A stretch of 26,921 bases of DNA from a virus (IMGVR_UViG_3300042481_000186:1-26921); one strand, 5' to 3'; shown: positions 1 to 9,101, counted from the first letter of the stretch. Translations and numbers: made by a program. The notes: generated from the sequence alone by a model not told the origin.

Positions 1-249
1 GAGGCACTGCAACAGAAGTTGTTTAAGCGATTGAATGATCTCGCGGCCCACAAACCGACGAATCTGGAATCGGACGAGGACCGACACCAGCGACATCGAA
101 GCGAGCGGATGCTGGATGAGGTCACGACGTCTCTGATTAGAAACGGACTCCACGCAACCAATTGCACGATGGATGAATTCGGCTGTGGAATTCGCCACAG
201 TGCCCGGAAGATTTGCGACGGTATCAACCAGGCCGACGCAAAACATTAA
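1..249 (+). CDS. Hypothetical protein, 5' truncated
   Basis: Frame 1 is open from base 1 to TAA at 249; co-oriented with neighbours. Confidence 0.5.
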   Translation, partial: EALQQKLFKRLNDLAAHKPTNLESDEDRHQRHRSERMLDEVTTSLIRNGLHATNCTMDEFGCGIRHSARKICDGINQADAKH

Positions 250-285
250 CCATATTGTTGACATCAACAAAAAGGTAGGAAACAG

Positions 286-489
286 ATGCCAAAAGGCGGA
301 GCGAGACCAAATTCGGGGCCAAAGATTGATCCACTCGGGTATCTGGTCCCGTTTACGCTGAGGATTCCAAAGGCATTGCGAGACCGCTTAGAATTGCTGT
401 CAATTGACACGCAACGGCCTGCACGGCAGGTACATCGTGAAATGGCAGAGATCTTGATTGAAAGCATGACGCGACCTAGCCAGCGGTGA
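286..489 (+). CDS. Ribbon-helix-helix (Arc-like) DNA-binding protein
   Basis: N-terminal GGARPNSGPK then PFTLRIPKALRDRLELLS strand-helix pattern; purine-rich SD upstream. Confidence 0.7.
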   Translation: MPKGGARPNSGPKIDPLGYLVPFTLRIPKALRDRLELLSIDTQRPARQVHREMAEILIESMTRPSQR

Positions 490-552
490 ACACGAGGTTT
501 GCACGTACCACGCTGGCAGGTTTTTAAAACATCTACTTACGGGGAATGTCCA

Positions 553-864
553 ATGAAAATCAGGGTTGATTTTGACAATGAGCCAGAATTGCCGGATTTC
601 AGTGAATCTGAACTTGAATCAATAGCAATCTCGTGCTACGGGCAAGACGCCAGAAGCATCGCAATCTCGCTGGGTAGGGTGCTCGAAGCGTTAAGCTCTG
701 TGTCTGTTGGTAAAATTGTCGGTCAAATGGTCGATTTGCTCAATCGCGATGAGCAGCAACAGATTGCAACGGACATTCTTGGGCAGTGGGGATCGGATAT
801 TATCGACAGTGTTGGGAAAACGGCAGAAAGCGAAGTCACCAACAAAGATCACGGTCGGCCTTGA
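553..864 (+). CDS. Hypothetical protein
   Basis: ORF with GGGGA SD before ATG 553. Confidence 0.6.
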   Translation: MKIRVDFDNEPELPDFSESELESIAISCYGQDARSIAISLGRVLEALSSVSVGKIVGQMVDLLNRDEQQQIATDILGQWGSDIIDSVGKTAESEVTNKDHGRP

Positions 865-889
865 ACTTTCACACCACAAGGGGATTGAC

Positions 890-997
890 ATGTTTTGGAC
901 TGGAATGATCGTCGGCTGGATTGTTGTTGAGGTTGCTGGCACGTTTGCCTGGTGGCTGTGGTGCTGCTGGAGGGACCATTGCAATGATCGAACTTGA
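890..997 (+). CDS. Small membrane protein (35 aa)
   Basis: AAGGGG SD; hydrophobic MFWTGMIVGWIVVEVAGTFAWWLW. Confidence 0.45.
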   Translation: MFWTGMIVGWIVVEVAGTFAWWLWCCWRDHCNDRT

Positions 998-1083
998 AGC
1001 CATGATTCGATGCGGAGTGATAGTCATACTGGTCGCGGTGACTGGTAGGATTCTTGGAGTGTTTGAACATCACGGAGGATGAC

Positions 1084-1326
1084 ATGGCAGGTTTAGTTTT
1101 GACGTTTCGGTTGGGTCAACGGGTGTTTTTGATGAATCCTGACGGATCTGAAATTGAGGTCGAGTTTGTTCGTCATGGTACTGATGCAATTCGAATGCGG
1201 TTCGTGGCTCCAAAAAACGTAAAAATTGAAAGGGAAAAGTCTCGTGCCAAGAAAACCGCCCAGCAAGAAGAGTCGGCAAGAATTGATTGCGGATCTGTCA
1301 GCACAGCTTGCGTTACCCGAGAATAA
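1084..1326 (+). CDS. csrA: CsrA/RsmA-like carbon storage regulator
   Basis: GGAGGA SD; LVLTFRLGQRV...IEVEFV...IRMRFVAPKNVKIERE follows the CsrA pattern MLVLTRKxGExI...VRLGIxAPxxVxIxREE. Confidence 0.75.
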   Translation: MAGLVLTFRLGQRVFLMNPDGSEIEVEFVRHGTDAIRMRFVAPKNVKIEREKSRAKKTAQQEESARIDCGSVSTACVTRE

Positions 1327-1528
1327 GCAGGAACTCAATGCCGGTAGGGCTGTGTATAGGTCTCTCTGTAGTATTCACGGGCACGACATTCCGTGGGAAG
1401 ACTTAGACTTGGCATCGCGAGTCAACTGCCACATGGTTGCTCAATCGGCAATCGCTACGGTGCTGAACAGTGGATACAGTTTCTCGGGGAAGAATTTAGG
1501 AGGGGAAGATGACGAGACCGTCGAGTGA
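1244..1528 (+). CDS. Hypothetical protein
   Basis: ORF with probable GTG start, overlapping the tail of the CsrA-like gene. Confidence 0.5.
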   Translation: MPRKPPSKKSRQELIADLSAQLALPENKQELNAGRAVYRSLCSIHGHDIPWEDLDLASRVNCHMVAQSAIATVLNSGYSFSGKNLGGEDDETVE

Positions 1529-1964
1529 GGTTCAGGCTGATTTGGATTTGGCGATTAAAACCGTCAAAGACATCCGCAAGCGATTGTCTGTGTTGAGGGC
1601 TGAAGAATCCGAGTTGCGGAAAGACGAAAGTACGTACTGCGACAAGTGGAATGAGCCTGGGATCATTAGCAACCTGAAGCACGAGTTGCAGCGAAGCAAA
1701 GCCGTTGAATTGTCTTACGCGGTCAATGCAATTCCAGTTGTGTTCACTCGCGATCATGAATCATGCGTAGTGACAAAAGTCACTGCGAAACAAATTCATT
1801 GTTGTGCGAGGGACGGAAGTTCTGGCTTTAAGACAGATTTAACTGGAAAGATTCACACGAAAACACACAGCACTCAATTTATCGACATGCAAGCTACGTT
1901 CGGCAAGGATTCTGTTGAACCGAATTCAATCAAGACTGGCATCGTACTGGAATCCAAGCAATGA
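1509..1964 (+). CDS. Hypothetical protein with N-terminal coiled coil
   Basis: GGAGG SD; ATGA coupling to the next gene. Confidence 0.65.
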   Translation: MTRPSSEVQADLDLAIKTVKDIRKRLSVLRAEESELRKDESTYCDKWNEPGIISNLKHELQRSKAVELSYAVNAIPVVFTRDHESCVVTKVTAKQIHCCARDGSSGFKTDLTGKIHTKTHSTQFIDMQATFGKDSVEPNSIKTGIVLESKQ

Positions 1965-2428
1965 AACGACCGTCAAGTGACCGAGCGGCCAAAGCGTGCA
2001 AACGCTACATTGACGCAAACAACGGTCGTTCAGAGTTAAGCGGAAGTCGTTCAAGACAATGGCTTGAGGTTCACCATATTTACGGTCGAGGCAGGCCGGA
2101 CGAGCATGACTGGTTTTGCAATCTGATCTTACTGTCAAAGGAGGAGCACAACCACCTTCACGATTGCAGTCCTGCTGTCATGGAAGTCGAATGCCTATGG
2201 GCCAAATGGCAAAAGCACGCGACTCAACTCGACCCGTCGTCTGATCCAGAGTACATGGACTGGAACCCCGAGGCGTTGTCGAAGATTTGCGGTTGCGTCA
2301 ACTTGCTTGGGCGACTGGAAGGGATGATTCGCCCCAAGTTATTGATGATTTCCGAGGATGTCGGCGGATGGGATTCAATCATAACAAAATGCGATGAACT
2401 GATTGCAGAACTCACACAATCCGCATAG
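1961..2428 (+). CDS. HNH endonuclease-like protein
   Basis: LEVHHI...NLILLSKEEHNHLH motif. Confidence 0.7.
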   Translation: MKRPSSDRAAKACKRYIDANNGRSELSGSRSRQWLEVHHIYGRGRPDEHDWFCNLILLSKEEHNHLHDCSPAVMEVECLWAKWQKHATQLDPSSDPEYMDWNPEALSKICGCVNLLGRLEGMIRPKLLMISEDVGGWDSIITKCDELIAELTQSA

Positions 2429-2494
2429 AATCCGTGACTCAATCGCGTGCAGGCGATTGAACGAATCACAAATCAGCGAGGGAAACCTCGTTTT

Positions 2495-2540
2495 GCCCGC
2501 AACCTGGAGCTGCACACTCCCGATTGCGGGTTTTCTTTTT
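2495..2540 (+). terminator. Putative intrinsic terminator/attenuator hairpin
   Basis: GCCCGCAA/TTGCGGGT stem with inner GGAG/CTCC pairing, followed by TTTTCTTTTT. Confidence 0.55.
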
Positions 2541-2550
2541 GGAGATCCCG

Positions 2551-3432
2551 ATGCTTTCGATCCGTGATGTTGTCGTTGACTCTGAACTCGAATCCCTGCT
2601 GAGACCACTGAATGAAGATGAGTCAAACAAACTCACCGCGTCAATTTTGCGGGGGTGGACCGATGAATCAATCAAGGTGTGGCTGGGTCACAATCTGTTG
2701 ATTGACGGCCACAACCGATTCAAAGTCTGGCAAACAGCACTCAATTCCGACCCCGACAACGCCCCCGCGATCGTTGAACTTCCCTTCGAGTCGATCGAAG
2801 ACGTGAAGGTCTGGATGGTGGACAACCAACTTCAGAGAAGGAACTTGAATCCTGCTGAGGTGATTCAACTTATGTTGTTGCAGTCCGGCGAGTTACAGAA
2901 AATTGCGAAGCGGAATTTGACTCGCGGCGGTTCGGGTTCTGAACCTTGTACCAATTGGTACAAGGTTGATGTTATTGAAGATGTGGCCAAAAAAAGCGGC
3001 GTTGGACGAATGACGGTTGCTCGCGCAAAAAAGGTTTTCGACAAAGGAACACCCGAACTCAAAAACAAAATGCTTGCGGGCGAAACGTCGATCCACGCGG
3101 CATACCAAGAGGTGAAGCATGCCGAGAAAGAAGAGGAAGAGGCAACCAGTTTCGACGTTGACTCATTCGATGTTGTTCCGACACCTTCGGAAAACGAGAC
3201 AGCAAAAAAAGCACTGGACAAGGCGACTGGCGAACTCAAGCGGGTAATTGAATCTCTTGAAAGTCTCCATGGGGTGTTTATTCGATGCTTGGACAAAGCG
3301 AACGCTCAAAAAGCTGTGGCTAACTTTCGCTACTTTGAGAACTCAGCACGGCGTTTGCACGATGAAATTACGCCATGCGTCAAGACCATGCGAGAGATTT
3401 CCAAGGCATGGAACGAGCAAAGAAAGGTGTGA
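2551..3432 (+). CDS. ParB/Srx N-terminal domain protein with HTH
   Basis: LLIDGHNR motif, NQLQRRNL, and HTH-like EDVAKKSGVGRMTVARAK. Confidence 0.8.
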   Translation: MLSIRDVVVDSELESLLRPLNEDESNKLTASILRGWTDESIKVWLGHNLLIDGHNRFKVWQTALNSDPDNAPAIVELPFESIEDVKVWMVDNQLQRRNLNPAEVIQLMLLQSGELQKIAKRNLTRGGSGSEPCTNWYKVDVIEDVAKKSGVGRMTVARAKKVFDKGTPELKNKMLAGETSIHAAYQEVKHAEKEEEEATSFDVDSFDVVPTPSENETAKKALDKATGELKRVIESLESLHGVFIRCLDKANAQKAVANFRYFENSARRLHDEITPCVKTMREISKAWNEQRKV

Positions 3433-3433
3433 C

Positions 3434-5047
3434 ATGGTTGCGCAGTACGTTCCGAATCCTGCTGACTGGCCGCATCAATCCTATGCGGTCACGGAAGCCG
3501 TCAGGATGATCAACGAAGGTTGGACAAGGTTTTGTATTACGTCGCCAACTGGGGGAGGGAAGAGCCGGATAATTCAGAGATTGTGCGAGCACTGGGCACA
3601 GCACGAAAAGACGGCCATCGTCATGAGCAATCGGCGATTGCTTACCGAACAACTTCTTCAGGGCTTGCACAAAAGCGGAATTGATGTTGGTTGTCGTGCG
3701 GCAGGATACGAGGCGTGGACAAACCCAAGTGCGTTGGCTCAGGTTATTTCGGCACAAACAGAGTCGTCTCGGGTGTTCAATCGACGGGAGAAGCACGGAA
3801 TCGACGCTCAGTTGCATCCTGGCGACTTGCTGATTGTTGATGAGGCCCATATCCAAAAGGGATCAGAAGCACAAAAGATCATCAACGAATACGCAAGCAT
3901 GCATGAGGCGTTTGTTGTCGGTATCTCCGCCACACCGCTCGGTATCGGAGGGATTTATACAGACGGATTGATTGTCGCTGGGAACAACGCTCAGTTGCGG
4001 GACTGCGGGGCGTTGGTTTGGGCGAACCGATACGAACCAGCAATCATGGATCTTGGCAAGATCTACAAGAAAAAGACCGGCGTCATTTCGCAGTCAGCGG
4101 CGGACACAGCCGCAAGATCGATCTGGACTCAGGTCGTCGTTGCAAACATTCTTGGATCGTGGAAGAAACTAAACCCTGATGCGAGGCCAAGTATCGGCAT
4201 GGCCCCAGGTGTGAAAGAATCGCGGGGACTGGCTCAGGAATACTGGAGTCATGGAATCAACGCGGCCCACATTGACTCGGGTGGAATTTACGTCAACGGA
4301 TCATACAAAACTACAACCGAACAGACAGACCGGGATGAGTTGTTTGCGATGCTGAAGGACGGAACCGTCAAGCAGATTTGGAATCGGTTTGTTTTGCGAG
4401 AGGGGATTGATCTTCCGTATCTGTATTGCCTTCAACTCGCTACACCAATCGCCAGTTTAACTGCGTACCTTCAGACTTGCGGTCGAGTCTTGCGGTCTCA
4501 CCCCAGTAAGAAACTGGCGAGGATAATTGATCATGCCGGTAACATTCACAATCACGGAAACCCGAATCACGACAGGGACGCTGACTGGCGGCAATATTTC
4601 TTCGAGCAAGACGAAACGAAAATCACGAAGGACCGTCGGGAGCGACAGCAGAACCCAAACAACAAAGAGAAGAGCGAGATCACATGCCCCAATTGCGGAG
4701 CAATGCGGCAATCGGGGCCTAGGTGTCCAGGGTGTGGGTTTGAACACGCTCAATCCGTTCGCAAGATCATTCAGGAAGACGGAACCTTGCGACTTTCAAA
4801 GGGAGACGTGTACAAAAAACGCCGCACGAAGATGACGTCGGCCACAGAGAAGCAATGGGACTCTGTATTTTGGCGGTGCAAAAAATCTTCAATGACATTC
4901 AGCCAGGCAAGGGGATTGTTTTATCGGCAGCATGGATACCATCCCCCCGAAGGACTACCGAACATGCCAATCAATTCAGGGGATTGGAGCCGAAAGATAT
5001 CGGCAGTGAGTTATGCGGATTTACACAAGAGAAAGGTTGGTGAATGA
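3434..5047 (+). CDS. SF2 DEAH-box helicase with C-terminal Zn ribbon
   Basis: SPTGGGKS (motif I), DEAH (II), SAT (III), EGIDLP (V), QTCGRVLR (VI), CPNC..CPGC. Confidence 0.92.
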   Translation: MVAQYVPNPADWPHQSYAVTEAVRMINEGWTRFCITSPTGGGKSRIIQRLCEHWAQHEKTAIVMSNRRLLTEQLLQGLHKSGIDVGCRAAGYEAWTNPSALAQVISAQTESSRVFNRREKHGIDAQLHPGDLLIVDEAHIQKGSEAQKIINEYASMHEAFVVGISATPLGIGGIYTDGLIVAGNNAQLRDCGALVWANRYEPAIMDLGKIYKKKTGVISQSAADTAARSIWTQVVVANILGSWKKLNPDARPSIGMAPGVKESRGLAQEYWSHGINAAHIDSGGIYVNGSYKTTTEQTDRDELFAMLKDGTVKQIWNRFVLREGIDLPYLYCLQLATPIASLTAYLQTCGRVLRSHPSKKLARIIDHAGNIHNHGNPNHDRDADWRQYFFEQDETKITKDRRERQQNPNNKEKSEITCPNCGAMRQSGPRCPGCGFEHAQSVRKIIQEDGTLRLSKGDVYKKRRTKMTSATEKQWDSVFWRCKKSSMTFSQARGLFYRQHGYHPPEGLPNMPINSGDWSRKISAVSYADLHKRKVGE

Positions 5048-5397
5048 TGGATGCGTTGCTGTGTCGGAGTTGCAAGCAAGTGGAGCAGAAGCCATGGAAG
5101 GACGACGGGGTTTTGTCGCCATACAACTCCTGCTCATGCTGCGGGTCATGCAGTATTAATGTGTCGTGGCTCAGGACTAAGGAACAGAAAAAAGAAGCTC
5201 TAATTGCAGAGCTCGAGGAGTTTGTTGAGTCCGCAAGGCGAGTTATGGCATTGGCGTCAATTGCATTTCCTGAGCGTCGGGCAATGCAACAACACGAAGA
5301 CGGAACCGTGACAGAAGCGAACGTGTCGATTGATGTTTTGGGTGTTAAAGACCTGCTCCAGTCACTGCTTGCAGAACTGAAAACCTTAACGCGATAG
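5044..5397 (+). CDS. Hypothetical protein, Cys-rich N-terminus
   Basis: Coupled to the helicase; CxxC motifs. Confidence 0.55.
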   Translation: MMDALLCRSCKQVEQKPWKDDGVLSPYNSCSCCGSCSINVSWLRTKEQKKEALIAELEEFVESARRVMALASIAFPERRAMQQHEDGTVTEANVSIDVLGVKDLLQSLLAELKTLTR

Positions 5398-5405
5398 ATT
5401 GGTGA

Positions 5406-5561
5406 ATGATGAGCGGCAAGAAATACACCCACAACATCAACCGCTTACCGAAAGGCTGGGTTTTGAAGTTTTGGGTCATTGGTCATTCGTGGGGATGGCT
5501 TAAATACCAAAACACTCCGGCAATTACAGCAGGTCAAATGAGGGAGATTTCACGATGGTGA
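5406..5561 (+). CDS. Small hypothetical protein (51 aa)
   Basis: Manually translated (MMSGKKYTHNINRLPKGW...); fills the gap in the operon. Confidence 0.4.
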   Translation: MMSGKKYTHNINRLPKGWVLKFWVIGHSWGWLKYQNTPAITAGQMREISRW

Positions 5562-5761
5562 GGTCGATGACGCTAAATGAGATCGCAACGATTCTGAGGC
5601 GACCATATGAGGTAGAGGTGTGCATCAAGGAAGGCGATAAATCGGTCTGCCAAGAAACGGAGCAACACACACTTGATGAACTGCAAAAACTTGTCGCAAA
5701 CGATGGTTTGCTGATTTGTCGATTCCCCGAGTCTGGCGGGATGGTCGTAAGGCTTAATTGA
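5555..5761 (+). CDS. Hypothetical protein
   Basis: ORF with GGGAG SD. Confidence 0.45.
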   Translation: MVRSMTLNEIATILRRPYEVEVCIKEGDKSVCQETEQHTLDELQKLVANDGLLICRFPESGGMVVRLN

Positions 5762-5811
5762 TACGAGGCGGAGAATGATGGCGATGAAAAACAAAACGAA
5801 GGGGATGACGA

Positions 5812-6051
5812 ATGACAAAACAACAACAACAAATGATGCAGAAAGTAAAAAAAGTTGCGGAGGGTCCAATTGGTTGGGGTTTTGCAAACGTGCATGTTAA
5901 CACGATTAAGCTTGCCTTGTCGGAAATCGAGCGACTCACGACAGAAAATCAGAGGCTGAAAAACAAATGCAATTCGCTCTGGCAGGCAATTAACCAGTCA
6001 ACGCCGGAACATTACCCGAGCAAAGACGATTTAACATGGGAGGTGATTTAG
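5812..6051 (+). CDS. Hypothetical protein; C-terminus paralogous to the next gene
   Basis: RLKNKCNSLW..I.Q...SKDDL..EVI shared with 6051-6287. Confidence 0.6.
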   Translation: MTKQQQQMMQKVKKVAEGPIGWGFANVHVNTIKLALSEIERLTTENQRLKNKCNSLWQAINQSTPEHYPSKDDLTWEVI

Positions 6052-6281
6052 TGACAGGCAAGCGAACGATTCAGCGATGTACCACACTGATTTACGATTT
6101 AGTGGTAGAGGAAAGCGACAACGGCGATTTCGTGGTATTTGAGGATCACGAAAGAATAGTCTCGGAAATGCAACACGAAGTCGAGCGGCTGAAGAATAAA
6201 TGCAATTCGCTCTGGAGGGTCATACACCAACCAGAGCGCCAGCGTTGCCTGAGCAAAGACGATTTGAAATCGGAGGTGATT
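5954..6281 (+). repeat. Imperfect 95-bp direct repeat (5954-6048 and 6187-6281)
   Basis: Ungapped match including AAATGCAATTCGCTCTGG, GAGCAAAGACGATTT and GGAGGTGATT. Confidence 0.85.
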
Positions 6282-6287
6282 GAATGA
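6051..6287 (+). CDS. Hypothetical phage protein
   Basis: GTG start after GGAGG; GDFVVFEDHERIVSEM. Confidence 0.6.
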   Translation: MTGKRTIQRCTTLIYDLVVEESDNGDFVVFEDHERIVSEMQHEVERLKNKCNSLWRVIHQPERQRCLSKDDLKSEVIE

Positions 6288-6715
6288 CGGAGGAAACTTG
6301 GGTACGACACTTGAAAGAAGAAGATATCTTGGAACTTCAATCGTTGATGTTGCTCCTTGCGGGGCGAAACATTGAGGAACGTGAATCGGCATTCAAGGGG
6401 ATTTTGGAGATCCTGAATCCGGTGGTTGTTGGGGTGCGCATCATGGAGGCAGTTAAGCCCGCCTACGTTATTTCGGAGGCACTCGAAGCCCGAGATTGGG
6501 ATATTACACAGTTTGTAGACCATTTGTTTTTTCGCACTTCATGGGGCGGATCTTCGAGGGCGAGAGCAATAACACTGTTGCGTGATCTGTTGGCTGGCGT
6601 GGAACGGATCGACGATCATGCGGCATCAATGCTATCTTTTGGGTTTGAATGCCCCTCCAAGTATTGGCTAGACATTCAGGTTGCGTACGACAACGCGAAA
6701 GGAACGAAGCAATGA
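6284..6715 (+). CDS. HigA/VapI-like XRE HTH protein
   Basis: PAYVISEALEARDWDITQF...LLAGVERIDDHAASMLSFGFECPSKYWLDIQVAYD resembles the HigA consensus PGExLxExL...LxxxFGxSxxFWLNLQxxYD. Confidence 0.7.
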   Translation: MTEETWVRHLKEEDILELQSLMLLLAGRNIEERESAFKGILEILNPVVVGVRIMEAVKPAYVISEALEARDWDITQFVDHLFFRTSWGGSSRARAITLLRDLLAGVERIDDHAASMLSFGFECPSKYWLDIQVAYDNAKGTKQ

Positions 6716-6921
6716 AATCGAAGGTGAAAGTCGGCGGAATCTACCGTTCAAAATGGTCGGAAACCGGGATGTTCAAGGTGTTGGAGATCGAGCAGGGCGA
6801 TGACCCTGAAAACGCAGCAGTGGTCGTGGAGTTCATTGAGGATCACCCGAAAGGGTACAAGGCTGGAAGTCACGGGCGTTACATGGTTTCAGATTTGCGG
6901 GAAGTGAGTGTGGCAGGATGA
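6712..6921 (+). CDS. Small beta-rich hypothetical protein
   Basis: ATGA-coupled ORF. Confidence 0.55.
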   Translation: MKSKVKVGGIYRSKWSETGMFKVLEIEQGDDPENAAVVVEFIEDHPKGYKAGSHGRYMVSDLREVSVAG

Positions 6922-7094
6922 CGGAATCCGTTGCAAAACTGAAGCGGAGAATCCACGCCTTGGAAAACCGTAATGCCATGTTACAGCAAAGGATTGACCG
7001 GGACTTTGCGATGTATCGAGACAATCTGTACGAGACGGTTGACATGAAAACAAAACTCCAACAAATTCAGGAGATCCTAAATGGCGATGAGTAA
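6918..7094 (+). CDS. Small coiled-coil protein (58 aa)
   Basis: Manually translated MTESVAKLKRRIHALENRNAMLQQRIDRD...; ATGA coupling. Confidence 0.55.
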   Translation: MTESVAKLKRRIHALENRNAMLQQRIDRDFAMYRDNLYETVDMKTKLQQIQEILNGDE

Positions 7095-7485
7095 GCTACA
7101 ATTGCTGGGGCTGTTTGCGGTATGGCAGCAGACGCCGGAGTTCATCGCGGCGTTGAATCCCGTTGACTTTTGCGGGCTTCAGGGATGGATTCAAAGATTC
7201 AAGACCGACAAAGCCAGTGCGATGGTGGCGTTGATTGAGCAGGAATTCGAGATCGGGTGGGACGGCAAAGACAAACTGTCTCCGCACTTGATTGCAGCAA
7301 TGAAGGCGGACGCTGCGATCGACCAGGGGATGGCAGTGGCGATGGTCGAAATCAGCAAGGTTGAAGATGCACGGAAAGTTATTGCCAATCATCGAGGCGG
7401 ATCAAGCATCAAGAAAGATACCTTGGAAGCGGCGCGAAAAACGATCATGGACTTTGGCAGGACTCCGATTGCACCTCCAAAGTAA
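7081..7485 (+). CDS. Hypothetical protein
   Basis: AGGAG SD; 134-aa ORF. Confidence 0.6.
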   Translation: MAMSKLQLLGLFAVWQQTPEFIAALNPVDFCGLQGWIQRFKTDKASAMVALIEQEFEIGWDGKDKLSPHLIAAMKADAAIDQGMAVAMVEISKVEDARKVIANHRGGSSIKKDTLEAARKTIMDFGRTPIAPPK

Positions 7486-7530
7486 CGCTGCTATGATTTG
7501 TGTTCGGGATTCAAGCCTAAAGGGGAAATC

Positions 7531-8355
7531 ATGACTGGGCAGAAAAAAACATCCACGGGAGGTCGTTCAACAGGAAATTGTTCCACGGGATATTGTTCCA
7601 CGGGAGATCGCTCGACAGGAAATTTTTCAACGGGAAATTGTTCCACGGGAGATCGTTCAACAGGAAATTGTTCCACGGGATATTGTTCCGCGGGAGATCG
7701 TTCAACGGGAGATCGTTCAACGGGAGATTGTTCCACTGGAGATTGTTCCACTGGAGATTGTTCCACGGGATATGGTTCCACTGGAGATTATTCCACTGGA
7801 GATTGTTCCACGGGAGATTGTTCCACGGGAGATTTTTCCACTGGAGATTTTTCCACGGGAAATCGTTCCACGGGAAATTGTTCCACGTCCAACAACTCAA
7901 CCGGACATTTTTCAACGATTGACGGACAGCCTTCGTTTTTCGACAAACCGTTCAACGGGACGTGGGATGAAGCAAATGCGTTGATTCCGTCTGTCGAACT
8001 GAAACTCGGGTCATATCGGGTTTTGTCCTTGCGAATGACCGAGCAACAAAAAGCCGATCATCCATCGCACGAGACAACTGGCGGAGTTCTGTTGAGTTAC
8101 GATCACACCTACCACCAGGCGTGGGCGATTGCTTGGGCTGAAATGGATCAGGAGACACGGGATAGGTTCCTGAATTTGCCAAACTTTGACGCCGAAAAGT
8201 TTAAGCAGATTACAGGGATTGATACTGTCGCAGTGAACAAGCCAAGAAACGTCACGGTGATTAACGGGAAGACGTATCGGCTGGACAAAATCACAAGCGA
8301 CCGAGGCATCACGATCATCGACGGGGAACTCTATCAATTGACGGAGGAAGTATGA
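7531..8355 (+). CDS. Phage STG(D/N)x pentapeptide-repeat protein
   Basis: 24 STGxx repeats followed by AWAIAW...LPNFDAEKFKQITGID. Confidence 0.8.
   Translation: MTGQKKTSTGGRSTGNCSTGYCSTGDRSTGNFSTGNCSTGDRSTGNCSTGYCSAGDRSTGDRSTGDCSTGDCSTGDCSTGYGSTGDYSTGDCSTGDCSTGDFSTGDFSTGNRSTGNCSTSNNSTGHFSTIDGQPSFFDKPFNGTWDEANALIPSVELKLGSYRVLSLRMTEQQKADHPSHETTGGVLLSYDHTYHQAWAIAWAEMDQETRDRFLNLPNFDAEKFKQITGIDTVAVNKPRNVTVINGKTYRLDKITSDRGITIIDGELYQLTEEV
7552..7911 (+). repeat. Coding 15-bp tandem repeat, about 24 units (TCCACGGGAGATTGT consensus)
   Basis: Directly visible in the sequence. Confidence 0.95.
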
Positions 8356-9101
8356 CCGAACTTATCACGGTGGTTCAACCACCAAAAAGCCTCGTGCAAC
8401 AGGCGATGGAAAAGGACTGGGATATTGACCGGCTGACGCAGATCATTGCTCTTCAGATTGCACAAGAGAAGCGGAGTGCGGAAGCGGAGTTCAACCAATC
8501 GTTTAACGCGGCTCAGTCGGAAATGCCAAAGGTCGTCAAGGACAAAAAGAACACTCAGAAGAACACTCATTACGCTACATTGGAAGCGGTCGTTTCCGTG
8601 GTTACTCCAATCGCCACAAAGCACGGGCTTTCTTCTAGTTTCGGGGAAGTGCCGGCAACCGCAGACACAATTATCCCTGAAGGGTGTCGAAGGTTCGTGC
8701 TGAGGATCACTCATAAATCAGGGCACTTTCGCGAGTACGTCGGTGACTTTCCCGTTGATGGCAAGGGTGCGTTGGGCAAGGATGTCATGAACGCCATTCA
8801 AGGGTACGTCAGCACGGGATCATACGCTCAGCGTGTGATTACTTGCAGGGCATGGAACATTGCCCCATCTGGAACAGATGAAGACGGTAACGATGTCAGC
8901 GACACAATCACCACGGCACAGGTCGAAGTGCTGTCCAAGATGGTTGATACCATGAAGGAAAAGGGGATTCCGTTTGACTTGAAAAAGTTCATGACGTACC
9001 TGTCTCTTGCCGAGACCGATGGCCTGTCCAGTATTCCCGTGACAAAGTTTAACATGTGCGTCATGTCCCTGAGTGGCAAGATTGCCAAGGGGGTGAAATG
9101 A
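8352..9101 (+). CDS. ERF-family ssDNA annealing protein
   Basis: FNQSFNAAQSEMPKVVKDKKN...YATLE...HGLS...HKSGH...GSYAQR...DEDGN. Confidence 0.88.
   Translation: MTELITVVQPPKSLVQQAMEKDWDIDRLTQIIALQIAQEKRSAEAEFNQSFNAAQSEMPKVVKDKKNTQKNTHYATLEAVVSVVTPIATKHGLSSSFGEVPATADTIIPEGCRRFVLRITHKSGHFREYVGDFPVDGKGALGKDVMNAIQGYVSTGSYAQRVITCRAWNIAPSGTDEDGNDVSDTITTAQVEVLSKMVDTMKEKGIPFDLKKFMTYLSLAETDGLSSIPVTKFNMCVMSLSGKIAKGVK

Noticed and set aside
5954-6281. Diversity-generating retroelement TR/VR pair
   Set aside because: Mismatches are not adenine-specific and no reverse transcriptase is present
7491-7984. Alternative-frame repeat ORFs (EQSPV, NNLPW, LFHGR, IVPRE)
   Set aside because: Shadows of the 15-bp repeat; only the STG frame has an SD and a unique C-terminal domain
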